Source: a virus | Taxonomy: Duplodnaviria > Caudoviricetes | Length of the DNA stretch: 64,000 nucleotides | Reading direction: 5' to 3' (one strand) | Virus record (IMG/VR): IMGVR_UViG_3300044266_000273 | Location: 31,902 to 95,901 of that record | Part shown: positions 54,915 through 64,000 of the stretch, piece after piece | Layout of the letters: the number at the start of each line of letters is the position of its first letter | How positions within the stretch are numbered: position 1 is the first letter of the stretch | The notes under the pieces: generated by a model | The model's database searches: none | The model's input: only the letters and a program-made list of their open reading frames with translations | What the model was told of the DNA's origin: nothing | Program-made: the position numbers and the translations under genes

Positions 54915-56981
54915 ATGAGTCTTACCGAATCCAAGTCACTTCTCGCCAAACTGATGGCCACCGAGAACCTGTTCATTGAACAGAAGAATGTACGTACAGC
55001 TTCTTTTGATGTGAAGAACCGTATTCTCACTGTTCCAATTTTGGATGAAAAGATTTCACCGGAACTGTATGACCTTTTTCTTGGCCACGAAGTTGGTCAT
55101 GCTTTGTATACGCCTGTTGAAGGTCTGATTAAAGCGCATGAAGAGAAAAAGAATATGAATGTTTTGAACATTCTGGAAGATTCACGTATTGAACGCAAAA
55201 TCAAAACCAAATATCCAGGCATTCGTATTTCCTTTCTTAAAGGTTATAAAGAACTCTTTGATAAAGACTTCTTTGAGACAAAACACAAAAGTGTTAACAA
55301 TCTAAATTTCCTTGATAAAGTTAATTTGTATTGCAAAGGTGGCGTACATCTCAATATCTATTTCACCGATTTTGAACGTGAATTAATTCGTGAGATTGAA
55401 TCAACTGAAACTTATGATGATGTGGTGGAACTTTATCAAAAAGTTCTTGATTATTGTAAGATGGAAGAACAACAAAAACAAAATGAAATTAAAATGTCTC
55501 GCCCATTGGAAGATGATGAAGACGATGATTATGACGACGAAGATGAAATTGAATATGACGAAAACGGAGAACCCGAAACTAAAGATGATGATTGGGAAGA
55601 AGAAAATAATTTTGACGACACAATGGAAGGTGAAGAGTCCAACGAGCAGGTAAGTATTCCGGTTGGTGATCATCATATTCGTTCATATACTGATGAAGCA
55701 TATCGTAGAAACGAAAGTCAATTGTTTGCCGACAAAGAAATGAATTATGTTTATATCAATATTCCAAAAGTTGATATCAAACAAGCCATCTTTGATTATA
55801 AAGATTTGTTTGCACGATATAAATCAGAAAGTCGACCAGTTTTAAGAGAAGAGTTCAACAAGTATCGCCGTGAATCAAATAAGGTCGTTTCATATTTGGT
55901 CAAAGAATTTGAACTTCGTAAGAACGCAGAACAAATGAAACGAGCCAGTGTTTCGAAAACTGGTGACCTGAATATGGATAAGATTTTCTCTTATCAGTTC
56001 AGTGAAGATATCTTTAAGAAGATGACTGTTGTTCCTGGTGGCAAATCACATGGATTGATTATGTTTTTGGATTGGTCAGGTTCGATGGCCAATCATATTG
56101 AAAACACTGTAAAACAATTATTCAATCTGGTATTGTTTTGCAAGAAAGTAAATATTCCGTTTGAAGTCTATGCATTTACTGATGCGACAGATTTTTCCAA
56201 ACCATATTTCCAAAAAGCAAAACCTGGTGATGCATATATGGGTTCATTTATTCTGATGAATATTCTTTCGAGCCGCATGTCTGCTTCAGAATTTACGGAT
56301 GCTGGCGGCGCTCTCATGTATATGACTAGTCATGTACATCACCAACCACATTGGTTCCGTCTTTCTGGTACTCCTTTGAATGAGGCGGTAATTACTGCAA
56401 TGGAACTTGTTCCATATTTCCAGAAAAAATACAAACTGCAAATCGTCAACACGGTATTCTTGACTGATGGTGATGGTGCCGCCATTCAAAACTATTACCG
56501 CCAAGATGGTGGTATTCAAAGTTTCGGTTATCGCCGTGGGCAAGAGCATGTGGTGTTTGTTGATCCTGTGAACAAACAGCAGGTCATTTATAAATCACAC
56601 GAATCATACTTTAAAATGACTGGGCTTCTGGTCGCATTATTGAAAGCTAGAACCGGAGCCAACGTTATCGGCTTCTATGTTGCAACGCCTAAAGAACTTT
56701 TAAGTAAAATGTATGACTTTTTTGGTCTTGAATGGAATAGTTCGGAACGTGAAAAACTGAAAGACACTTTCCGCAAAGACAAATATCTGGTTGCGACCAA
56801 AACTTTGTTTGACGATTATTATGTGCTTCGTTCAAACGCACTAGATACGAATGACGATGCAGAATTTATTGTCCGTGAAAATGCAACGACACGTGGGCTT
56901 GTTTCCGCATTTACCAAATACACGACCGCTAAGATCAACAATCGTGTGATTCTCAATCGTTTTATTGGGCTTATTTCTTAA
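54915..56981 (+). CDS. Metallopeptidase plus VWA domain protein (CobT-like)
   Basis: HEVGH, acidic linker, DWSGS MIDAS, GTP and LTDG motifs. Confidence 0.85.
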   Translation: MSLTESKSLLAKLMATENLFIEQKNVRTASFDVKNRILTVPILDEKISPELYDLFLGHEVGHALYTPVEGLIKAHEEKKNMNVLNILEDSRIERKIKTKYPGIRISFLKGYKELFDKDFFETKHKSVNNLNFLDKVNLYCKGGVHLNIYFTDFERELIREIESTETYDDVVELYQKVLDYCKMEEQQKQNEIKMSRPLEDDEDDDYDDEDEIEYDENGEPETKDDDWEEENNFDDTMEGEESNEQVSIPVGDHHIRSYTDEAYRRNESQLFADKEMNYVYINIPKVDIKQAIFDYKDLFARYKSESRPVLREEFNKYRRESNKVVSYLVKEFELRKNAEQMKRASVSKTGDLNMDKIFSYQFSEDIFKKMTVVPGGKSHGLIMFLDWSGSMANHIENTVKQLFNLVLFCKKVNIPFEVYAFTDATDFSKPYFQKAKPGDAYMGSFILMNILSSRMSASEFTDAGGALMYMTSHVHHQPHWFRLSGTPLNEAVITAMELVPYFQKKYKLQIVNTVFLTDGDGAAIQNYYRQDGGIQSFGYRRGQEHVVFVDPVNKQQVIYKSHESYFKMTGLLVALLKARTGANVIGFYVATPKELLSKMYDFFGLEWNSSEREKLKDTFRKDKYLVATKTLFDDYYVLRSNALDTNDDAEFIVRENATTRGLVSAFTKYTTAKINNRVILNRFIGLIS

Positions 56982-56994
56982 ACTGGAGTTTATT

Positions 56995-57192
56995 ATGTTG
57001 ATATCCGAATATAGTCACAAAAACAAAAAAGCCACCATACACAAACAGTTGGATGGTTATTCTGTGATGATGTATGAAAACCTACGCCTTGTAGAAACCG
57101 TCAACGGGCTCGGTTCTCTAGAGAGTGCCGAATATTTGGCTGACGGTTATATTGGTGTTGATGGTACTGATCCGGTGTTTCTCAATGAATAA
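56995..57192 (+). CDS. Hypothetical protein
   Basis: GGAG RBS. Confidence 0.55.
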   Translation: MLISEYSHKNKKATIHKQLDGYSVMMYENLRLVETVNGLGSLESAEYLADGYIGVDGTDPVFLNE

Positions 57193-57469
57193 AGAACAAA
57201 AAGAAATTTTCTTTATCACACAAGAAGAATGTGCCGAAGTGACTCAGGCCATTTCCAAAGTATTGCGCTTTGGCATGGACTCATATCATCCAGTCACCAA
57301 TAAATCCAATAAACATTCTTTAGAGGAAGAAATTGGTGATCTATTGGCCATGATTGAGATACTGATCCGGCGCGCAATTATCTCCGACTCAAACGTCAAC
57401 GAAGCTCGTATTCAGAAAATGGAGAAACTGAAGAAATGGTCCAAAATAAAATTAGAAAGTCATGCGTGA
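57185..57469 (+). CDS. MazG-like pyrophosphatase
   Basis: EECAEV...EEIGD. Confidence 0.8.
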   Translation: MNKEQKEIFFITQEECAEVTQAISKVLRFGMDSYHPVTNKSNKHSLEEEIGDLLAMIEILIRRAIISDSNVNEARIQKMEKLKKWSKIKLESHA

Positions 57470-57628
57470 ACGAGCCTCATACTCACGCAACAGACGGTCA
57501 ATATCCGCCGCATTCTTTGGATTTCTGGATTTAATATATGCTTCTATTTCGACCTGATGCATATCCTTTTGGAATGTCTGCATTTTGCCAATCAGTCTTG
57601 TGAACTTTTTGGAAATATATTTTAACAT
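57452..57628 (-). CDS. Small protein, DUF3563-like (missing from the ORF track)
   Basis: AGGAG RBS; IEAYIKSRNPKNAADIDRLLREY. Confidence 0.5.
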   Translation of the reverse strand: MLKYISKKFTRLIGKMQTFQKDMHQVEIEAYIKSRNPKNAADIDRLLREYEARSRMTF

Positions 57629-57685
57629 GTTTACTCCTAGTATTAACGATATTAGTGTTTATACTAGTATATAGAAGGAAAACAA

Positions 57686-57838
57686 ATGCGACTTATTTGT
57701 GATGATTTAATGGAAGTATATTATTGGGTATCCGACAACGATGAAAATGAGGAGTTATCTCCACATTTCGATTATGAGGATGATGCCCTTCTATGGAAAG
57801 AAAGATTGAAAAAAGAACTATATAAAGAATCTGATTGA
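57686..57838 (+). CDS. Acidic hypothetical protein, 50 aa
   Basis: AAGGA RBS. Confidence 0.45.
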   Translation: MRLICDDLMEVYYWVSDNDENEELSPHFDYEDDALLWKERLKKELYKESD

Positions 57839-57856
57839 CTTATGCATGGAAATAAA

Positions 57857-58882
57857 ATGAAAACAATAATGGTAACAGGTGGTGCTGGATTTATTGGGCA
57901 CCATATGATTCGTAGACTATTGAAACATCCAGAATATAATATCATTTCATTGGACCGTTTAGATTTTTCTGGTAATCTAAATCGTTTATCGGAGTTGGCC
58001 CAAGAGTTTCGCCCAGAAACCATGCGGCGCCTAAAAGTTATACACCACGACCTGCGAGCTGAAATTAATGCACAATTAGCCAAACAAATTGGTAACGTGG
58101 ATGTCATCATTCATATGGCCGCAGGCAGTCATGTTAATAGATCAATTCAAAATCCAATGATGTTTGTTATGGATAATGTTGTTGGTACTTGCAACTTGCT
58201 TGATTATGCGAGACATCATCTTCCAAATTTGGAGAAGTTTATCAATTTTGGTACTGATGAAGTTTTTGGTGATGCACCTGAAGGTGTTGAATTTTCAGAA
58301 TATGATAGATATAACAGTAGGAGCCCGTACAGTGCAACAAAAGCTGGCGGTGAAGAATTGTGTGTCGCTTATGAAAACACATATGGAATGCCAATATATT
58401 GCACACATACAATGAATGTTTTCGGTGAAAGACAATTGTCAGAAAAATTCATCGGTGTTGCAATGAAAAAGATTCTGGCTGGAGAAGAAGTTCCTATTCA
58501 TTGCGATGTTGAGACCGGCACAAAATCGGGATTAAGACATTGGGTTCATGCTGCTGATGTAGCTGATGCAACCATGTTTATCATGGATCTTCCACATAAA
58601 CAATTTGAACTTGCTGATACACATTTTACTTGCCCAAAATTTAACATTGTTGGCCAAAGAGAGATTTCTAATTTAGAAGTCGCACAAAAAATTGCCGACA
58701 CATTAAATCTTCCACTGAAATATAAAATGATAAGTTATGATGTACAGAGGCCAGGTCACGATTTTCGGTATGCGTTGAGTGGTGAGTATATGAAGAAACT
58801 TGGATGGGAACCAAAATACGATTTTGATACACGTATTGGTCAAGTTGTAAAATGGACAATGGAAAATAAAAGATGGATATAA
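57857..58882 (+). CDS. NDP-glucose 4,6-dehydratase (RmlB-like)
   Basis: TGGAGFIG, TDEVFG, YSATK and RPGHD motifs. Confidence 0.92.
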   Translation: MKTIMVTGGAGFIGHHMIRRLLKHPEYNIISLDRLDFSGNLNRLSELAQEFRPETMRRLKVIHHDLRAEINAQLAKQIGNVDVIIHMAAGSHVNRSIQNPMMFVMDNVVGTCNLLDYARHHLPNLEKFINFGTDEVFGDAPEGVEFSEYDRYNSRSPYSATKAGGEELCVAYENTYGMPIYCTHTMNVFGERQLSEKFIGVAMKKILAGEEVPIHCDVETGTKSGLRHWVHAADVADATMFIMDLPHKQFELADTHFTCPKFNIVGQREISNLEVAQKIADTLNLPLKYKMISYDVQRPGHDFRYALSGEYMKKLGWEPKYDFDTRIGQVVKWTMENKRWI

Positions 58883-60051
58883 TCAAAGAAAATACAAATT
58901 GTTTTGCTTGCGGCGAAACAGATTTATTTACTGTTTTAAATTTAAAAGAACAACCGTTAGCAAATTATTATCTTAATTCACCAGAAGATAAAGAGTATCG
59001 TTTTCCTCTAATGCTTAAGTTTTGTAAAAACTGTACGCATCTACAATTAAGTCACACTGTAAATCCAGATAATCTATTTAAGAATTATCTTTATGTTTCT
59101 GGCACAAGCCAGACTGGCATGGATCACTTTGAAAATTTTGTTGATATTTCGGAGAAGTATGTACCTAATGCTAAGACAGTATTGGATATTGCTTGCAACG
59201 ACGGTTCACAACTTTACTTTTACAAGAAAAAGGGATATCAGACATACGGTATTGATCCAGCAATCAATCTATATGATCTCAGTTCAAAACAGGGAAAAAT
59301 CATTTGTGATTACCTGACACAAGAAAATATAAAAAGTTTTGGTGTTGAATTTGATATGATATTGGCCCAAAACGTTTTTGCCCACAATGATTATCCTGTA
59401 GATTTTTTAAAGTATTGTAAATCAGTTCTTAGTGTGAATGGAAAAATATTTGTACAAACATCACAAGCAAATATGATTGAGAATAATGAATTCGATACGG
59501 TATACCATGAACACCTTTCTTTCTTTAATGTACGCTCAATGGCCGCCACTGTGCATAGAGCAGGTCTATCTCTGATTGATGTACTAAAAGTTCCTATTCA
59601 TGGCACAAGTTATATTTTTGTTATTGGTAAAGACGGTGATAGGTCAGAGGAATTAATTGAACAGGAAAAAGAAATCAATCTGACAACGATGATGTTTTAT
59701 TCCAATAATGTTTATAGTATTTTAAGCAATTTGTGGAAAACCATAGAAGAGTATAAATATAAAAAGTATAAGATTATTGGTTATGGTGCTGCAGCTAAAG
59801 GTAATACAATCTTAAATGCCAGTTATTTAAAATTTGATTACATCGTAGATGATAATCCACTAAAACATGGATTATATACTCCAGGTATGCATATACCAAT
59901 TAAACATCCAGATGTACTTAAAGATGAAACTGGAAACATCGCAATTGTTCCTTTGGCTTGGAATTTCTTCGACGAAATAAAAGAAAAAGTATTACAAAGA
60001 AATTCAAATGTTATTTTCATAAAATATTTTCCGGAGATAAGCATCCAATGA
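58873..60051 (+). CDS. NDP-sugar C-methyltransferase
   Basis: Zn-binding Cys pairs, DIACNDG, YHEH and GYGAAAKG motifs. Confidence 0.9.
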   Translation: MDIIKENTNCFACGETDLFTVLNLKEQPLANYYLNSPEDKEYRFPLMLKFCKNCTHLQLSHTVNPDNLFKNYLYVSGTSQTGMDHFENFVDISEKYVPNAKTVLDIACNDGSQLYFYKKKGYQTYGIDPAINLYDLSSKQGKIICDYLTQENIKSFGVEFDMILAQNVFAHNDYPVDFLKYCKSVLSVNGKIFVQTSQANMIENNEFDTVYHEHLSFFNVRSMAATVHRAGLSLIDVLKVPIHGTSYIFVIGKDGDRSEELIEQEKEINLTTMMFYSNNVYSILSNLWKTIEEYKYKKYKIIGYGAAAKGNTILNASYLKFDYIVDDNPLKHGLYTPGMHIPIKHPDVLKDETGNIAIVPLAWNFFDEIKEKVLQRNSNVIFIKYFPEISIQ

Positions 60052-60839
60052 AATACAAAGCTATAATACTTGTAATTGCTTCAGATGATGAATCTATAGT
60101 CAATCCAAAATATTTTCGCCCAAAGATGTTGGACGAATGGAAGCCTTTGTATCCAACAATGAAAAAAGTTTGGGAATCATACATGAATGAAAATTCATCC
60201 ATCAAGGTTGTTTTTGTTTATGGTAGTTCTAAACTAGAACAGAAAAATGATTATGATCTAGTATATCCGGAGGTAAAAGAAAATTCTTGGCCTGGAATTT
60301 TAAGTAAAACACTTAAAGCTTTTTCTGACATCGAATCTAACTATGATTATGATTTTATTATTCGGACAAATCTCAGTACATTCTGGGATTTAAATAAATT
60401 GGAACAAAGATTGAATGGTCTCAAAACGGAAAAGTCATTAACTGGAACACACATTAGAATAAAATCAAAAGACAATGTGGAATACAATTATATTGCGGGT
60501 TATGATATGGTTATGAGCCGAGATTTAATTCGTGGTGTAATTCCACACACAGATGAAATTCTGAAACAACCAACATTTGCAAAAATTGAAGATTTGGCAT
60601 TGTGTGATGCTTTTGAAAAATATCTTTCTGTAACTTATGATGACAGTGATTCAAAAAATAGAGCTACACCTGTTAATCAATCCATTTTGAATGCGCCTAA
60701 TGCTTATGAAAATGTTATAAGAATTCATAAAAAAAGTGGTCGAGATCATTTTAGAATCAAAACACCAGAAAATAGAAATTTTGACAAACAAACTTTGAAA
60801 GAATTATTATTGGATTTCTATGGAAAAACCATATCATAA
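60048..60839 (+). CDS. Putative glycosyltransferase, paralog 1
   Basis: RTNLSTFW, ED and DHFRIK motifs. Confidence 0.6.
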   Translation: MKYKAIILVIASDDESIVNPKYFRPKMLDEWKPLYPTMKKVWESYMNENSSIKVVFVYGSSKLEQKNDYDLVYPEVKENSWPGILSKTLKAFSDIESNYDYDFIIRTNLSTFWDLNKLEQRLNGLKTEKSLTGTHIRIKSKDNVEYNYIAGYDMVMSRDLIRGVIPHTDEILKQPTFAKIEDLALCDAFEKYLSVTYDDSDSKNRATPVNQSILNAPNAYENVIRIHKKSGRDHFRIKTPENRNFDKQTLKELLLDFYGKTIS

Positions 60840-61563
60840 ATTAATTGTACTTGTTCTTGCATCACACAACGAAGAAGTTTATAGAAAACAAAGAAAAATA
60901 TATCAAGAATATTATAATGTAGATCCAGATATCAAAGTATTTTTAATTTACGGAAATCCAGGACCAGAAAATGCACATGAGAGTGACCTTATATTTCCAG
61001 ACATAGAAGAAAACTATTATCCTGGAATGATTATGAAAACAGTGAAAGCAATGGATTTTGTTCACTCCAATTACACATATGATTTTCTATTGCGTACAAA
61101 CATCAGTACATTCTGGGATTTTCCCAGATTAATAGATCGAATTAAAACTTTTTCGGCCGAGAAATGTTTTACGGGCAACTTTAGAAAGTGTAAATATAAA
61201 GACCAACAATCTCCAAATTATGTGGCCGGAATAAACTTGATATTAAGTTACGATTTAGTTGAGTGTATTGTACAGAACCAAGAAGAAGTTTGTAGACCAG
61301 ATTTACCCGAAGATTGGGCATTGAGTCAATTTCTGATTGATCGTGGTTACAATCCAAAGCACACAATACCCAGAGCATTACATTTCATGGAACATTTGAA
61401 ATATCCACTGGACGAGGATCTGGTGTTGAAAGAAATCCAGGATGCACGAAAAGAAAATCGTGACCATTTTCGTATTAAAAGCAGGGCCAATCGTAATTTG
61501 ATTGATGCTGAAATTGCCAATATATTACTGCGTGAATATTATGGAAAACAAGCCGTACTATAA
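60820..61563 (+). CDS. Putative glycosyltransferase, paralog 2
   Basis: RTNISTFW, ED and DHFRIK motifs. Confidence 0.6.
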   Translation: MEKPYHKLIVLVLASHNEEVYRKQRKIYQEYYNVDPDIKVFLIYGNPGPENAHESDLIFPDIEENYYPGMIMKTVKAMDFVHSNYTYDFLLRTNISTFWDFPRLIDRIKTFSAEKCFTGNFRKCKYKDQQSPNYVAGINLILSYDLVECIVQNQEEVCRPDLPEDWALSQFLIDRGYNPKHTIPRALHFMEHLKYPLDEDLVLKEIQDARKENRDHFRIKSRANRNLIDAEIANILLREYYGKQAVL

Positions 61564-62320
61564 ATGCATACTTTTAGTTCTTGCATCCGAAAATCTTCCT
61601 ATATATTCTGCTTTTAAAAGAATATGGGAATCATATATGTTCCGGCATCAGAACGTCAAGGTTCTTTTTGTATATGCTGGAGACATTTCTTTTCAACCAA
61701 AAGAATATGATTTACATTATCCCGACCTCAGAGAAACCGTGAGGCCACCATGGACTACAAGAAAAGTAATCCGTGCAATGGAACATATAGAGAATCATTA
61801 TAATTACAATTATCTTGTCCGAACTAATCTGAGTACCTTCTGGTATTTCAAAGGCCTCCTAGAAAGGCTTTCCGCGCTTCCGGGGTCTTCCTGTTTTTCC
61901 GGCACACCCAGTATTTTTCCCTTAGAGAAATCCGGAAAACATATCGTGGGTACCGGTATGATCATGAGCCGCGATATTATACAAAAAATTATCAAACACG
62001 CTTCGATGATTAATATACATCATCCGAAATATATCGCAGAAGATAAAATGCTCAGTGATTTTGTCATACACACTTTAGGTATTACTCCACACATCAACAC
62101 AACACACTTACTGCGTTTCGAAAGTGTAACACGATTTAATGACAAAGAAATCTATAAAATACTGTGTCAACCCCAAAATAAAGTCTGCGACCATTTTCGT
62201 ATCAAGAATCCAGATTCTCGAATGCAAGTTGATATACCATTAATGAAATTATTGAAAGACCTCTATTATCCCTCAGTAATGAGTTATAATAAGAACTTGT
62301 ATTACAGAAAGGGATTATAA
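61541..62320 (+). CDS. Putative glycosyltransferase, paralog 3
   Basis: RTNLSTFW, ED and DHFRIK motifs. Confidence 0.6.
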   Translation: MENKPYYKCILLVLASENLPIYSAFKRIWESYMFRHQNVKVLFVYAGDISFQPKEYDLHYPDLRETVRPPWTTRKVIRAMEHIENHYNYNYLVRTNLSTFWYFKGLLERLSALPGSSCFSGTPSIFPLEKSGKHIVGTGMIMSRDIIQKIIKHASMINIHHPKYIAEDKMLSDFVIHTLGITPHINTTHLLRFESVTRFNDKEIYKILCQPQNKVCDHFRIKNPDSRMQVDIPLMKLLKDLYYPSVMSYNKNLYYRKGL

Positions 62321-62449
62321 TATGGGAAGACTTTTTGAGAGAATTGTACGGACATTCGGATCCATAAGAACCGTAAAAACAATGAATAAAAGAACTGGCA
62401 AAATGTCAGTAAAGAGAACCAGAGTAAAAACTAAACCAAGGAAAAGAAA

Positions 62450-62656
62450 ATGAATGAAATGTATAATATAATGAGTGAACCGCAGAATGATATCATCGAA
62501 TCTATGGAAGATACTGATTGGTACATGTACTCACTCTTCTTAGAGCTTCATACGGAAGACCTAGAGAAAGAGACACAAGAATTGGAATGTATCAATAACC
62601 TACTGAAGACCGTGAAAGAACATAATCCTCACGATTTCTATAAACACAGTAGGTAG
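62450..62656 (+). CDS. Acidic hypothetical protein
   Basis: 68-aa ORF with AAGGA RBS. Confidence 0.45.
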   Translation: MNEMYNIMSEPQNDIIESMEDTDWYMYSLFLELHTEDLEKETQELECINNLLKTVKEHNPHDFYKHSR

Positions 62657-62902
62657 TGGCAGGGGCTCCCGAAAAAAATTTCAGATTTTCGAAAACTGGC
62701 CGGAAAAATAAAAAATGGAGAAAAAGAATTTGACCTGGTGGGGCTTTTTTTAGCTTTCACCCCACCAACAGTCAGGCCACCGTCAGGCAGCCCCTGTACA
62801 ATGCTGAGCCCTCACCGAATCCAGACCAGCCAGTCCAATAGAATGACCACCGTGGCCAGCGCATACACCACACCGAACACCAAAGCTTCATGCTTTTCCA
62901 TA

Positions 62903-63142
62903 TTATTCTCCAAGCCTTTCCTCATTCCATTCTACTTGATTCGCCAGCTCTTTGAGAGCCTTGGGGCTCATGGCGGCCATCTTGATCATCATGCTGGACA
63001 GGTAGCCCAGAGCGAATGCGTTAGCCGATGCATTGTCGTGGAGCCCGTAGACAGCCTTGGCCTGGTCAGAGGTCAGGTTGTCGGTGAGGCGGCGGACCAG
63101 CTGTTCAGCCTGGATGCTGCGTTGATAGGTCTTCATGTCCAT
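62903..63142 (-). CDS. Hypothetical protein (probably early)
   Basis: AAGGAG RBS. Confidence 0.6.
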   Translation of the reverse strand: MDMKTYQRSIQAEQLVRRLTDNLTSDQAKAVYGLHDNASANAFALGYLSSMMIKMAAMSPKALKELANQVEWNEERLGE

Positions 63143-63282
63143 GGTTTACTCCTTATTCATCCAACGGCGGAAACTAGGTGACACGGTGGACAACACCTTC
63201 ACGGTGACGACCACCACCAACAACATTGCCATAACCGTTTCAATCATTTTCCGTTCCTTTGTTTGATTGATTCAATGGTTGG

Positions 63283-63341
63283 ATTATGACAGAACCACGG
63301 GGAATGGCAAGTATTTTCGGAATAGTTGACCGGAATGGTCA
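63283..63341 (-). promoter_or_regulatory. Promoter with TGACC-N5-GGTCA palindrome
   Basis: On the minus strand: palindrome-16-TTGCCA-16-CATAAT. Confidence 0.65.
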
Positions 63342-63578
63342 GACTAGATCCTCTGCCGTGATTTTGTGAGCTTTCATCAGCGTCCGGATCTGCTTCTTGG
63401 CATCCCGAAGCGCACCACGATATTGTTGGACCTGGAAGGCCTTTTCGATTCGCTCAGCCTCACGAGCCTTGCGGACTTCAGCCTTAGCGGCTTCGAATTT
63501 GGCCAGAGCCTTGTCCAATTCGGACTTGATTTGGACTTGGACGGAATCCAGCTGGGATTGGAGGGATTGTACGGACAT
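63339..63578 (-). CDS. Coiled-coil hypothetical protein
   Basis: AAAGGA RBS; C-terminal KITAEDL. Confidence 0.6.
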   Translation of the reverse strand: MSVQSLQSQLDSVQVQIKSELDKALAKFEAAKAEVRKAREAERIEKAFQVQQYRGALRDAKKQIRTLMKAHKITAEDLV

Positions 63579-63588
63579 TGTGTTTCCT

Positions 63589-63720
63589 TTACTTAGAGAA
63601 AAAAGCGACCAGTTGGATCAGGGCAATGCCACAGACCATGCCGGTCAGAAAATTAATAATGAACAGGAGGTTTTCGATCTTGGTAGCATTGTCGAATTTG
63701 GTACGGAGGTTTTCAGTCAT
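63589..63720 (-). CDS. Small membrane protein, 43 aa
   Basis: AAGGA RBS directly after a promoter. Confidence 0.45.
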   Translation of the reverse strand: MTENLRTKFDNATKIENLLFIINFLTGMVCGIALIQLVAFFSK

Positions 63721-63749
63721 TTTGTTTCCTTTTCGATTTGATGGAGTCT

Positions 63750-63808
63750 ATTGTACAGGTTTCGGTAGGATTGGCAAGCACCTTTTGGATACTTGACCAA
63801 TCCGGTCA
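63750..63808 (-). promoter_or_regulatory. Promoter with TGACC-N5-GGTCA palindrome
   Basis: On the minus strand: palindrome-16-TTGCCA-16-TACAAT. Confidence 0.65.
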
Positions 63809-64000
63809 GACTTCCTCAGTCTCTTCCTCTTCCTCAAAATGCTCCAAAAGCTCCTCCCAGTTTACGGCATCAAGGTACAGCATATCCTTGAGGGCACCAT
63901 CCGGCATTGCATCATACTGGTCCTCCAGATAGGACCGAGCAAATTCTACGTCCTCACGGGACTCCGGATTGAACCATACATTCACCAACCAGGTCTCACG
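63806..64000 (-). CDS. Acidic hypothetical protein, probably 5'-truncated by the window
   Basis: Open frame VNVWFNPESRED...VNWEELLEHF. Confidence 0.55.
   Translation of the reverse strand, partial: RETWLVNVWFNPESREDVEFARSYLEDQYDAMPDGALKDMLYLDAVNWEELLEHFEEEEETEEV

Noticed and set aside
62738-63932. Plus-strand ORFs at the right end of the window
   Set aside because: The RBS and promoter signals all support the minus-strand genes instead.

Overview
A 64-kb segment of a large, AT-rich T4-like (Tevenvirinae/Kyanoviridae-type architecture) dsDNA myophage. The host is probably an aquatic Gram-negative proteobacterium, inferred from the two-component spanins, the CsgG/CsgF genes and a DUF3563-like ORF. 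Replication and recombination genes are gp46, gp45/44/62, regA, gp43, uvsX, gp41, gp61 and rnh. Nucleotide-metabolism genes are gp1, dCMP deaminase, thyX, nrdA/B and thioredoxin. Auxiliary genes include def, hsp20, groES, rubrerythrin-rubredoxin and pstS. There are two sugar-modification clusters, a block of capsid-targeted proteins and a lysis cassette. A reverse-strand CsgF-CsgG-curlin-FecR-CHASE2 cyclase module follows a 27-tRNA array covering all 20 amino acids, with one further tRNA upstream. The most unusual part is the non-tRNA content of the array: four CCA...TGG stem-bounded cassettes with unrelated structured inserts (three share identical G-U-containing arms), two H-type pseudoknots, a ~195-nt multi-branched ncRNA, atypical tRNAs, duplicated boxA-like leaders and an embedded RNase H-fold (YkuK) gene. 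A second candidate system is a pair of capsid-targeted enzymes, a KxDG ligase-like protein and an HxGH nucleotidyltransferase/P-loop kinase fusion. All calls come from manual motif and structure reading; no database searches were run.
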